The notes under the pieces: model-generated
The model's database searches: none
Seen by the model: only the letters and a program-made list of their open reading frames with translations
What the model was told of the DNA's origin: nothing
Part shown: in pieces, positions 52,951 to 63,304 of the stretch
Layout: each line of letters starts with the position of its first letter
Position numbering within the stretch: position 1 is the stretch's first letter
Translations under genes and position numbers: made by a program
Assembly (NCBI GenBank): GCA_904063045.1
Contig: CAJFCJ010000057.1
Coordinates: 30,439 to 94,438 of the forward strand
Direction of reading: 5' to 3'
DNA length: 64,000 nucleotides
From: Dimorphilus gyrociliatus
Taxonomy: Eukaryota > Animalia > Annelida

Positions 52951-53189
52951 TAGTTTAAATTTAAAGAAAATTAATAAACTTAAAAAAATTCTCTCTCTTC
53001 TTCCTTGATCTTCTCCATAGAAAATGAGTCAAATGAGAAGAATGAGTACTGAATACTTTCTATCATCAGTTATTGTATTTTAAATATTTAATAAACAATC
53101 ATAGAAGAAGCTATCTTATTTGCAAATACAATAAATGTCAGCAAGTTTTGAATTTGAAACATTTGCCAATTGACTGTTCAATATTTTTA

Positions 53190-53272
53190 AATGGGTGCAG
53201 GAGAAAACGTCCACAAGAGAAAATGTCCACAGGAGAAAACGTCCACAACTGAGGAGAAAATGTCCATAGTGA
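53190..53272 (+). repeat. Tandem ~18-bp ggagaaaa(c/t)gtccaca units, probably a MITE end
   Basis: Four copies; reverse-complement relatives at 52780 and 15505. Confidence 0.7.
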
Positions 53273-53322
53273 AAGAGAATTTTTCTTTTTTCTCCATAAA
53301 CCAAGCAACATATCTTTTTAAA

Positions 53323-54912
53323 GGTGCAGTGACATTTCGGCCCAGGACATTTCGGCCCATTTTATGACTTTTTGAGTTAATTATGAATTAAATACAATAA
53401 ATAATAAAAAGCAATCAATTTTAAAATTGATAAAAAATATAATAAGTAATATAATATAGTAATTCCAGATATGTAAAATAATTATTATAAAATTCAAAAT
53501 ATTTTCAGAGTAATGGATACCAGTTTTCCTTATTTCTGAAGTATATTTTACATTGTTTTACAATTTCCTTTTCCTGTTTTGACAAATAGTAGAAGGTATA
53601 TTTCTGTTCTTCATTTATCATAGAAGCTTTAATAGAAATTACAACATAAATTTGAAAAACTGTTGGAAGTGTGGCTTAAGATTTCATTGGACACAAAGAA
53701 AATTCAGATGAAAGTTGTACAGACATTTTTATCATGTAAAGTGTTCAAAATGTAAGTAAACTCTCTAACTTTCTCAGGTATAATGCTATATCACCTATAT
53801 ATTAAGATGCAGATTATTGTCCTGATTGTCATGATGTCAGCAAACAGAAATTATTTATTAAATTAAAGAAAATAGATCATTATCATCAGAGTAAATTCAT
53901 CCAGAATATGATGAAACTGCTGTTATTATGGAATCATCAATGAATAATACAAGTGAAATAAATACCAATCAGGTAATTTCATTTGTTAAAAAATATTATT
54001 ATTTCACCATAAATTTTAACAGTTAAGACTTTCCTTTGACTTCAATTCACCTGAATCACCAAACAATGAAAAAAAGTTGAAAAGAGAGTTGATATAAGTG
54101 ATGAAACTTCATTTGAGATGGATAAGCATCATAGAAACAGAAAGAGATGATTTCAAAATAGTTGTAAGTGGAAGTACAAAAAATAAAGACTTACTTCTAC
54201 ACAAAAACTGTTCATATTCTGTAAAAAATTTTCTTTAAATTCTTTAAATTTAAGGACAATATCTTCTGCTATTCTTTTACCAGTTTTTCCATTATCACCA
54301 GTTGCCATTTCCTTTACATCCATTCTTGATTTAAGAACATTTTCTATGTTTTTATGCAATTTCATTAAAAGCAGTACTTGGCCTCCTCAATTCTGGTCTG
54401 TTTATCAATTAATTGTGAGAACAAACAATCATGTTGAGGCATGGCATTCCAGACTCAACAAAAATTTGAAAATGGATGAGAACTTTTATTCTGTAATAAA
54501 AGAATTGAGAAGAGAAGCCAAATTAGTAGAGATCTTTGAAAAGTTATTGTCTGAAAAAAAGTTGAGAAAAATACAGAAGAAGAAGTATAAAGATTTAGAA
54601 TTTAAAATATTCCAGTTGTGGAGTAAATTTGAAAAAAGAGAATTGAGTTTGGATGAATTATTGAATAGACTTGTTGATTTAAATATCTGTTAAAATTTGT
54701 TATTTCTTGGTCTGTATTTTAGTTATTAAACTTAACACTCCTTACTATTTGTAAATTGCTTTTTTTTATATTAAAAAAATAAACATAATTGTTCACAAAA
54801 TAAAAATTATATTTGTCATATTTATCAATTAATAAGTACTAAACCTATCTTCAAGTGAGACATAATGCCTTTAGTATGACTGCCTTAGAATGGACTGAAA
54901 TGTCCTGACCCC
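53323..54912 (+). mobile_element. Non-autonomous, rearranged MULE
   Basis: Termini ggtgcagtgacatttcgg / reverse complement ggggtcaggacatttcag; 9-bp TSD ctttttaaa / gtttttaaa; PHD remnant at 53660-53830; C-terminal RTNNHVEAWH at 54346-54693. Confidence 0.8.
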
Positions 54913-55209
54913 GTTTTTAAAAACAGAACTTGTGTTGTATTCATTTTTTTGCTGAGATGTAAAAAAACAAATGGGATGTACTTTGTTAATTGTTGGGTTA
55001 GGGATAGGGCAAACACCACAAAACTAGATATTTAGGGTAATTATGGGAATACTTAACCTGATCCCAGTTGATTCAATGTCCTATGATTCATACTTGGCCA
55101 GGAAAAGTTCTAAAGTTGGAACGACGCCAAAAACTTGGTAACCATTCTCTAAATTGATTACAAACTAATACAAAATTTAAAATTTAAAAACTTCTTTCCA
55201 TTATTGCAT

Positions 55210-55461
55210 TTAAAAATAATGAATATTTAAATTCAAGCAAGATTTTTCATCAGATTTGCCAAGATGAATGGAACTTCCATCACATAAATAGATATTTGAT
55301 ATGCAATATTCATTCATTTCACATTTGAAAAAACCTTCTGAACATTCACTTCTACTTATCTTAATAATCTGTTTGATTTCAATGAAGTTTTTCTTTTGAA
55401 TTACCAATTGATCATCTTTTCTATGTTCTTTGTTCCAATATTCACTCCATAGTGGCTCCAT
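55210..55461 (-). pseudogene. LDLa-containing exon fragment of the LGR family
   Basis: CSEGFFKCEMNEYCISNIYLCDG..SDEKSC. Confidence 0.6.
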
Positions 55462-55860
55462 CTAGTATGGGTAAAGAATCTATTTCTCACAAAACAGAAT
55501 TCTTCATAAAGTTCTAGAATCTAATATCATTTTTGGGCAATTTAACAAACTGAACCTGACATGTTCTTGTTTTTATATCTTTGCATATATCACAACAGTC
55601 TTGTCCTTTACTTTTTAAATTGAAATTGCAAAAGTTTATGATTTCAATAACACTGACCTTTCAAACAATCCTGATGAAAAACATGTTTGCATAAAGAGCA
55701 TAACTCCATTGTCATTGTGGGCAAATCATTTGATGGCAGTATAAGCAGTTGGCAGACATTTGTTTGATCTTTAGTTATAAGATTTATGAACAACATTAGT
55801 TACACCAAAAATATCAAGAATTAAACTACAGGGCTAGACAAGAGAGGTTAATATAAAAAG

Positions 55861-56937
55861 TTATGATACATATATATTTGATACTTTTTCCAATAGATCC
55901 ATTGCTGTTATTAATCCTAAATCATAATTGAATATTTTAACCTGTAATTTCAAATATTCTTTCTTTTGGTGTTTCTTCAACTTTCTCTCAGATAAAAGTT
56001 TTTTATAAACATCAATAAGAGAAGCTTCCTTATTTAGTTCATCTACTAATTGGTAAAAAGAGCCTTTGGCTAAGACTTTACTGTTCAATCTTCTGTGCCA
56101 AGCTTCAACTTCATTATTTGTTCTGACACTATAACCAAACACAGACCATTGTTGAGGTTGCCAAATTGAATTTTCAATCCATTGAGATCTAACATAATCT
56201 AACAAATCAGCATATTTGTTTCTTGCTCCCATATCATTCTCAATTAAATTGAAGATTGTTGGTATTGTAGTAGAAGGAAGAAATGGCAATGCTAATATCT
56301 TTTTTAATGTTGACCTTCCATTATTCATATTTGATTGATAATCTTTACTGTATCCCAAATTCTAAAAATATAGATAATAAAAGCTAAACTGTAACAAAAT
56401 TAACATATTCATCTTACCTGAATCTTTCTATACACAGCTTGGCTCCAATGAAATGCACACCCTCTTATGGATACTGCTGGATAAATAGATTTCAGAGCTT
56501 TCCAGAGTCCTTTGTCAAAATCAACAACTACCTCCTCTGGCATTGAATCATTAGTCATTTTTTTAATTTCCTGCAGACAAAAAATCAAGGAATAGAAAAT
56601 GAGTTATGCAATATTTTTTATAGACAAATTATACCTTTAATACATATTTGTAAGCTCTTGACTTTGCTGATGATATAAACACAAACATAAGTGGTACTTG
56701 TTTCACTTCACCATGTTTTTTAATGAATGAATGTATTGAAAATAGTTGGTAAAAAGGTTGTTTTACCACTTTGAAAGTTCCATCCATATATCATACCTTG
56801 CTCTTTGCTAGCAATTCCAATTGCTTCATTGATGCAAACATTACTATTCTTTCCTTTTCATTGTACTGCTCTTGCTGGCAAAATCTATGCGTTTGCAAGT
56901 TATAACAATACTGGTTCTACTCGAACCTTTAAACAAA
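55861..56937 (-). pseudogene. MULE transposase, 3' part, cut by the Gypsy LTR
   Basis: V*YMDGTFKVVKQPFYQ (Trp codon now TGA), GVHFIGAK-type middle exon, ALPFLP, RTNNEVEAWH; intron positions as in the 2790-4691 copy. Confidence 0.85.
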
Positions 56938-57496
56938 TGTTTAAATTAAAATGGTTTATTCGCAATAATAATACTTAAGCAAGTAACAATATGAGAGTTC
57001 AATAGCAGAGTAGATAGTTTGTAATAGCAGGTTGCCAAATTACCAAACTGTCTTCCAATGTTGAGGAGTAGATGGATGGTTCCAGTGGAGGTTGTTTCCA
57101 GATGATTTTCCCAGGTCCTTGGGTCCAGATGGAAGCTGCATGCCAAATGAGAATAATGAGGATTTATATACTTTGAGGTTTGTCTCTGACATCCAATCAT
57201 CACTTTACAGTTGCCAAAATGTGTAGTTCATATTTATCTTTAGTAACAGGATGTTACAAGGTTCAACATTTAGGAAGGTTAATTGAATTATAACTTGGCC
57301 ACACCCTAGGCAAGTTAATTAAATTATAACTTGGCCAAACCTTTATTGGTAATTAAAGATGAGCCTTCAAGCTGACTAATCAGACTTATGTTTGGCCAAT
57401 GTTATAGCATTTTCTTGCGTAGGTTTTAAGATGTACATGTATATGTTGCATAAAATAATAGAGTTCAAGCATGTAAAATATAACCAAAGTTGTACA
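56938..57496 (-). repeat. 3' LTR, 559 bp
   Basis: Minus strand starts TGTACAAC directly after the PPT and ends ..AATAAACCATTTTAATTTAAACA; MULE sequence resumes immediately beyond. Confidence 0.85.
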
Positions 57497-57511
57497 ACTT
57501 CCCCCTTCTTT
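57497..57511 (-). other. Polypurine tract
   Basis: aagaagggggaagt immediately before the LTR TG. Confidence 0.85.
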
Positions 57512-57527
57512 GTGAAGATGAGTCCCT

Positions 57528-60500
57528 TCATCTTGATTTAATGAGAATTACAGGTGGTTGTTCTTCTTCATTAGTTTGATGTTGACTAAAGCTACAACTT
57601 TGTTTCATTAGTTTTGGGTTTTCAGGAGAGTTATCTGTGCTCTCACTTGGGGTAGCAATTTCTTCTCTTTGTTTTCTTCTTCCAATAATATAGTTGAAAA
57701 TGATGATACATACCATTGACACTACAATACTCAAACAAATATTTCGTATGATAACATAAAGTGTTTTCCCAGGTTTATAGTACCAACTATGGAAAAACTG
57801 TTTAATTCCAGATAAATTGGGTACAATGCCATTTTTCTCTGCAACAGTGACCATGTTATCATACCTTGCCTGCTTCTGTTCCAGTGAACTGATAACTTGC
57901 TTAATTTTTGAGTGCTGGTATGCAATATCCTTCTTTACCCCATGGTGGAGTAGATCAGCTAATCTGGCAATTTCAATTTTTGGTTCAGAAAGGTGATTGT
58001 GGATATGTAACTGCATGGATTTTGCAGACACAGTGTGAAATCTGCATCCTCTTTCTGAATAATACACATATGTTTTGTCTTTCATTGGTTGGTTTCTTAT
58101 AGGATTTAATGGGTTGTGAGTTGTTTTGTAGAATAACTTGTTAGACTTACACTCATTATAGGTAATCTCTTCAGGATTGACTTGCTGTAAAACATGAGTA
58201 ACTGGTTCTACTTGGAAAAGCAGGTTGTTCATGGTGACAAGTAAAAATTGAGAACATTTGTTATTCTTTTTTATCATGCTTAAGTCACAAACTACTTCTG
58301 TTGAGGCTATTGGTGAACATTGTTTAATTATAGCTAATTCTCCCATCTGACTACTGTGCATTCCCAACTCATTTGTTAACACTGTGGTCAATTGAGGATC
58401 CAAATTTGCTAGTAATGCCATCATTCTGCTTCTTTGAACAAATTGATTGCAGAGAAGACTTGACAGCTGTTGGGTAAACCTTTTTAAATTCTTAAAATTT
58501 GAATCAATACCATGTAGTAAGGTAGATGTTTGGGCAGCTTCTCTCATTTCCAATGGGAATTTGTGGTATGGGTTTTTACTTATCTTATGTTTCAGTTTTG
58601 CTTCCTTCTTCATCTGCTTTTTAGCCATTCTCATGTGTAGAGTAAAATAAATTCCTTCATAGGTAATCTTAAATTCTCTGGCTGGTGGTCCTTTATACCA
58701 TATGCCCAATGTTGGTAATACCTTCTTTTTGATTCTTTTCTCACTGTATACATATTTTGAAATCGTGACAGATTGTCTTGTTGCCCTTGTCCAATTGACT
58801 GCTTGCAGCATTTCTTGGATATAATAGTTATCCAGCTCCCAGTAAGATGGACTAATGGGTTGTTGTAGATGATATATCACAACTTCCTTGAGTGTGCCTT
58901 TATTTCTCATTAGTTTATACTTTGTGTTTGTTTCTCTGTACCATTGGTTAAGACTTGGTAAGGGGTTGTTTCGCTTGTATAGTATAATTTGTTCTTTAAC
59001 TTTATTGGGATAGTTTAATAGTCGTTTTTCTTCATTTTTGCCAATCTTCTGATATTGTAGCAAATTGTATAGGTGTTCCTTGCTTGTTTCCTGTATTAAA
59101 CTCTGTTCCTCCAGTGGTACTAGTACTTTTGTTCCAGGACCACCAATTCCATCAATAAACTTATCTTGATAAGGGATGTCCAGAATAGAATACCCTGGAC
59201 AAGAATAGTGACCAGCAAATTTGATACAACTAATTCTGTTGCTAATTTTTATCCATGGTGATTGTTGCCCAAGTGTGTAATTATTCTTGAGGTTCCTAAA
59301 GACAATAATTGCCTCTTCTGTTTCACAATAGGACTGCCCTGGTAAACAATCTTCCAGGTAGTCCAGATTAGTTGTAATTTTCATATTAGGAGGTTGCCAA
59401 TATGCTTTGCCAAACTGGATAATTGTGGTGTATTCCAGCACCTTGGTCGTTGTTGGCCATGTGTAGGCAGCAGGAAACTGATCTTGGTGGATCCAAGTGT
59501 TTCTTTTCACCATTAAAGGTTTTCCTTGAAAAGATCGTTTGTCTTTTATCATCTGTCTGCATTGATCATGAGTTACTTTGATAACTGAGTTAACAATCCT
59601 CCTCTTCTTTGCTCCAAAGAAATAGTAAGTGTAAAAATTAGTTCTTAGATACACTTGACATTTTACTGCTCTTGTTTCAATTTCTTCCAAGTTCAATTCA
59701 TAGATATCAGCTGTAATTGTCTTGGTTTCTTGTGATTCTATATTACAAGTTGGCTCATCTGCTAGATCAAATGCCTGGCTTGGTAGTTGGTTAGAACAAA
59801 AGTATAACGGTGGTTTAAATGTTAAGGTAATGTTTGCACTTGTAACATGGGCACCTTGGTAGGATGGTTTTGGGACTGTTATTGAGTGGATGCAGCCACA
59901 GATCACCATTACAGTCATCACTAGTGGAAGCCACAACATCTGTTTCATGTTAGCTCTTCCTGTGTTGGCTATAGTTGAATGGTTGAAAATTTTGTGTTGT
60001 TGTTCCACTCTGATAGTTATTCCATCTTCTAACTCTATATATTGTGGTTCCACTTCTTGTTGGGAATCTAATTGTTCAGAGATGATTTTAGTCTCATCTA
60101 AAAATATGACTGACTCATTGTCTGTATCACTTGTATTTTCTTTCTCATCTTGGGATGAATCTACCACTATGAGGGACTCATTATCTGAATGGGTTATGTC
60201 AATAATTTCACCTTCAATAATTATTGACTCATTATCCGAATGGGTTATATCAATAATTTCGCTTTCAATAATTATTGACTCATCGTCTGAACTAGATATT
60301 TCATCTTCTCTATCAGAGATAATGTTTGCCTCTGAATCTGTATTTTGATCCAGTTCATTATTTGTTTCTGTGTCATCACTTTCAGATGAGCTTGAAGGTT
60401 CATTGAGACTGTAATTACTGTCTGTTTTGAAAGTATTGCTTGTGTCATAACCAGTATCAGAATTAGTAACTTCCATCTCTGAGTCATCACTATCTGAACT

Positions 60501-61385
60501 TTCTGATGAAGAGTCATGCTGTCCCATCATGGCTATAGTGACTTTGTTTAGTTGAGGTTGCCTTATTCTTTCAGCCAGGTTCCCTTTCCTTCTATCAAAT
60601 TTGAGAGAACACTGTTTAGCTTCAAAATTGAGGTTTGCTCCCACAGTTTGTAGGAAATCACAACCAAGTATTATTGCTATGTCTAGATTTTCCATAACTA
60701 TAAATTCTTGTTCCATACTTTCTCCAGCAAATTGGATATTCAGCTTTACGCTTCCTTTTTGCTTTAAAGCTTTCCCATCAGCTGAAGTTATAATTGGTAA
60801 GCCAATTGTTTCTTTATCCATAATTGTAACATCCATTAACTTGATTTCTTTTTCAGTAATAAAGGATCTCAATGCTCCTGTGTCACACAAGGCAATGACT
60901 TCTTGGCCTTTTTGATTCTTCAAACGGAATTGGAAGTCATTTCTTCCTTCTACCTGAGAAAGATATTGGAGGTGTGTTATTTCCTTCTCCACAAGGTGAA
61001 AGATTGTTGTTGCTTCTTTCCCTGTTTCCAACTTATTAGATTCATTGGCTAGTCTTAATCTGCTACCATGTACCAACTTGCATGTATTATCATCCATTTG
61101 TATTTCATATATCCACTTTTGATGATTGACTTTTGTTATTCGGTATGGGCCTAACCATTTTAAAGAAGGGATTTTTGTTATTGCAATTCTTGCAGCATCA
61201 TTTCTTAAGAATACTTCATCATCAACCTCAAAATATTTTGGAAGATTGAGATTTCTATTCTTTCTTTCCCTATATTGTTCTTTTGCCATGATGGATTTAC
61301 AGAAGGCTGTAGCTCTTAACTGTACTAATTGCTGCTGGTGATTGAATACAAATAGTACATTTGTTTCAGGAGAGGTAGTATGCAT
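57528..61385 (-). CDS. Integrase C-terminal GPY/F domain + retropepsin + acidic linker + signal/TM + class III-like envelope + TM (1285 aa)
   Basis: KWLGPYRI; ALCDTGALRSFI..IILGCDFL; WLPLVMTVMVICGCIHS; Cys-patterned ectodomain; TM ICLSIVVSMVCIIIFNYII. Confidence 0.9.
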   Translation of the reverse strand: MHTTSPETNVLFVFNHQQQLVQLRATAFCKSIMAKEQYRERKNRNLNLPKYFEVDDEVFLRNDAARIAITKIPSLKWLGPYRITKVNHQKWIYEIQMDDNTCKLVHGSRLRLANESNKLETGKEATTIFHLVEKEITHLQYLSQVEGRNDFQFRLKNQKGQEVIALCDTGALRSFITEKEIKLMDVTIMDKETIGLPIITSADGKALKQKGSVKLNIQFAGESMEQEFIVMENLDIAIILGCDFLQTVGANLNFEAKQCSLKFDRRKGNLAERIRQPQLNKVTIAMMGQHDSSSESSDSDDSEMEVTNSDTGYDTSNTFKTDSNYSLNEPSSSSESDDTETNNELDQNTDSEANIISDREDEISSSDDESIIIESEIIDITHSDNESIIIEGEIIDITHSDNESLIVVDSSQDEKENTSDTDNESVIFLDETKIISEQLDSQQEVEPQYIELEDGITIRVEQQHKIFNHSTIANTGRANMKQMLWLPLVMTVMVICGCIHSITVPKPSYQGAHVTSANITLTFKPPLYFCSNQLPSQAFDLADEPTCNIESQETKTITADIYELNLEEIETRAVKCQVYLRTNFYTYYFFGAKKRRIVNSVIKVTHDQCRQMIKDKRSFQGKPLMVKRNTWIHQDQFPAAYTWPTTTKVLEYTTIIQFGKAYWQPPNMKITTNLDYLEDCLPGQSYCETEEAIIVFRNLKNNYTLGQQSPWIKISNRISCIKFAGHYSCPGYSILDIPYQDKFIDGIGGPGTKVLVPLEEQSLIQETSKEHLYNLLQYQKIGKNEEKRLLNYPNKVKEQIILYKRNNPLPSLNQWYRETNTKYKLMRNKGTLKEVVIYHLQQPISPSYWELDNYYIQEMLQAVNWTRATRQSVTISKYVYSEKRIKKKVLPTLGIWYKGPPAREFKITYEGIYFTLHMRMAKKQMKKEAKLKHKISKNPYHKFPLEMREAAQTSTLLHGIDSNFKNLKRFTQQLSSLLCNQFVQRSRMMALLANLDPQLTTVLTNELGMHSSQMGELAIIKQCSPIASTEVVCDLSMIKKNNKCSQFLLVTMNNLLFQVEPVTHVLQQVNPEEITYNECKSNKLFYKTTHNPLNPIRNQPMKDKTYVYYSERGCRFHTVSAKSMQLHIHNHLSEPKIEIARLADLLHHGVKKDIAYQHSKIKQVISSLEQKQARYDNMVTVAEKNGIVPNLSGIKQFFHSWYYKPGKTLYVIIRNICLSIVVSMVCIIIFNYIIGRRKQREEIATPSESTDNSPENPKLMKQSCSFSQHQTNEEEQPPVILIKSR

Positions 61386-61396
61386 TGTTACATCAA

Positions 61397-63304
61397 TCAG
61401 TGTTCTTGTGCTGGTGCCAAAAAGAAGTTCCTGGGTGGTAGTCTTGTACTTCCTACAGGTGATTGATTCAAAAATGCTTGAATCAAGGGTAGGTTTGCAA
61501 CCCAGTTATGCTGATTTTCTTCCACCACTAATTTATTGATTTCCTTCCTCACTTCTCTATTTCTTCGTTCAACTAGTCCATTGCTCTGGCTTCTATAAGC
61601 TGTTGTTTGGATTTTCTCAATACCTAATACCTTCATAAACTCTTTAAAAGCTTTACCAACAAAGTTTCTTCCTTGATCTGTCAACATTTGTTTTGGAATT
61701 CCAAAAATGGGAAAAAATCTGTTGAAAAGAAGGTTTGCAATTTCTTTACTGGTTTGCTGTTTGAGTGCATATAAAACTGTGTATCTACTGAAATGATCCA
61801 CTATCACAAGTATGAATCTGTATGACTTAACCATGGGTAAGGGTCCCATTATATCCATGGCTACCAACTCCATTGGTGATGCAGGGTGAAAGGTTTCTAC
61901 CAAAGGGTATACTCTACTCCTACCATTCATTTGTTCACACAAAGTGCAATCCTTTATTGAATTCTCAATCATAATCTTTAATTTTGGGTGCCAAAAGGTC
62001 TTTGTAATTATTTGTAATGTCATTCTGGGTCCATGGTGATTGTGAATTTTATTTTTATGGAATTTAGGGAGCAGAGTTAGCATCAAATGGTCAGGTAAAA
62101 CCAGAATGTTTCTTTCTTCAAGGATAATCCAGATCATTTCCTTGTGAACAAACATCTCCATTATGAAAGGTGTAAAAGTTCCAAAATAAGGAATAGGTAG
62201 CTGACCATCCAATGTTAAATATTCTTTAATTGATTTTAAATTCACATCTTTTTCTTGCTCTGACTGTAAGTCAACAGAAGACAAATCAATTTTCTCTTCA
62301 CTGTTATCACTGGTAGCTACAAAAGTTAACTCTGGTGTATGTTCATACTGTTCCATTTTAACTGAAATAGAGGGAGAATTCTCCTTTTTGATCTTTCCAT
62401 GAATTAGCTCTTCAAATGTTACTTTCCTTGGGGGTGTATATTCTTCTAATCTTGTTAATGCATCTGCTCTATTTTTTCGTCCTGTCACATAGTTAATTGT
62501 AAATTTTAAATCCATTAAAGCCATGACCCATTTTGCTGTGCTGACATTCAATTTGTTTTGCTTAAATGTTTGTACTAGACTCTGATGGTCAGTATATAAA
62601 AAGAATGGCTTGTCTTGAAGGTAATGTAAAAATTTCTTTACAACCCAGTAAACCCCAAATGCTTCCTTTTGATAGGCTGCATATTTCATTTGATTATTGT
62701 TGAATTGTTTTGAAGCGTAGGCAATGGGTTTCATTGTTTTCTTCCCATTCTCATCTACATAAACTTGTTCAAGAACTCCTCCTACAGCTACATTCGATGC
62801 ATCTGTTGTTAAGTGAAAATCTTTAGCAAAATCAGGTAGTTGTAATACAGGAGGGTTAACTACTGCATCTCTCAACTTGAAAAATGATTGCTTGGCTTCC
62901 TCAGTCCATTGCAATTTATCCTTTTTCCCATGTAGTTTCATTAACATATACAGAGGTTTAGCTACTCTTGCAAAATCTTGTATAAATTTTCTGTAATAGC
63001 CACAAAATGCAACAAAGCTTAGTAGTGAATTTGCAAACACTGGTGGCTGTAAATTATATAATTTATCTGTCTTGGACTTATCTGTTTCAATCCCCTTTTC
63101 TGATACAATGTGTCCCAAGAATTGAACTTGTTCTTTCAAAAACACACATTTACTTAGTTTAATCTTAAAATTGTACTTTTGAATCTGTTGAAGAATGGTC
63201 TCCAATGCTTCCCAATGTTGGTCCAGCGACTTGGTAAATATTATTATGTCATCAAGGTAGTTTAGGCACAAATGCTTTACATCCTTTAGCACAAATGAAT
63301 TCAT
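61397..63304 (-). CDS. pol: pol: RT C-terminal half, RNase H, integrase zinc finger and core
   Basis: NYLDDII, FLGHIVS, LTTDAS, YTDHQSL, HNHHG..CTLC, AMDIMGP, TDQGRNF, QSNGLVER. Confidence 0.95.
   Translation of the reverse strand: MNSFVLKDVKHLCLNYLDDIIIFTKSLDQHWEALETILQQIQKYNFKIKLSKCVFLKEQVQFLGHIVSEKGIETDKSKTDKLYNLQPPVFANSLLSFVAFCGYYRKFIQDFARVAKPLYMLMKLHGKKDKLQWTEEAKQSFFKLRDAVVNPPVLQLPDFAKDFHLTTDASNVAVGGVLEQVYVDENGKKTMKPIAYASKQFNNNQMKYAAYQKEAFGVYWVVKKFLHYLQDKPFFLYTDHQSLVQTFKQNKLNVSTAKWVMALMDLKFTINYVTGRKNRADALTRLEEYTPPRKVTFEELIHGKIKKENSPSISVKMEQYEHTPELTFVATSDNSEEKIDLSSVDLQSEQEKDVNLKSIKEYLTLDGQLPIPYFGTFTPFIMEMFVHKEMIWIILEERNILVLPDHLMLTLLPKFHKNKIHNHHGPRMTLQIITKTFWHPKLKIMIENSIKDCTLCEQMNGRSRVYPLVETFHPASPMELVAMDIMGPLPMVKSYRFILVIVDHFSRYTVLYALKQQTSKEIANLLFNRFFPIFGIPKQMLTDQGRNFVGKAFKEFMKVLGIEKIQTTAYRSQSNGLVERRNREVRKEINKLVVEENQHNWVANLPLIQAFLNQSPVGSTRLPPRNFFLAPAQEH

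Noticed and set aside
59890-60915. Plus-strand ORFs antisense to the Gypsy ORF (also 1754-2164, 4087-4362, 8734-8946 and similar)
   Set aside because: These are shadows of real coding sequence on the opposite strand, with no independent motifs.
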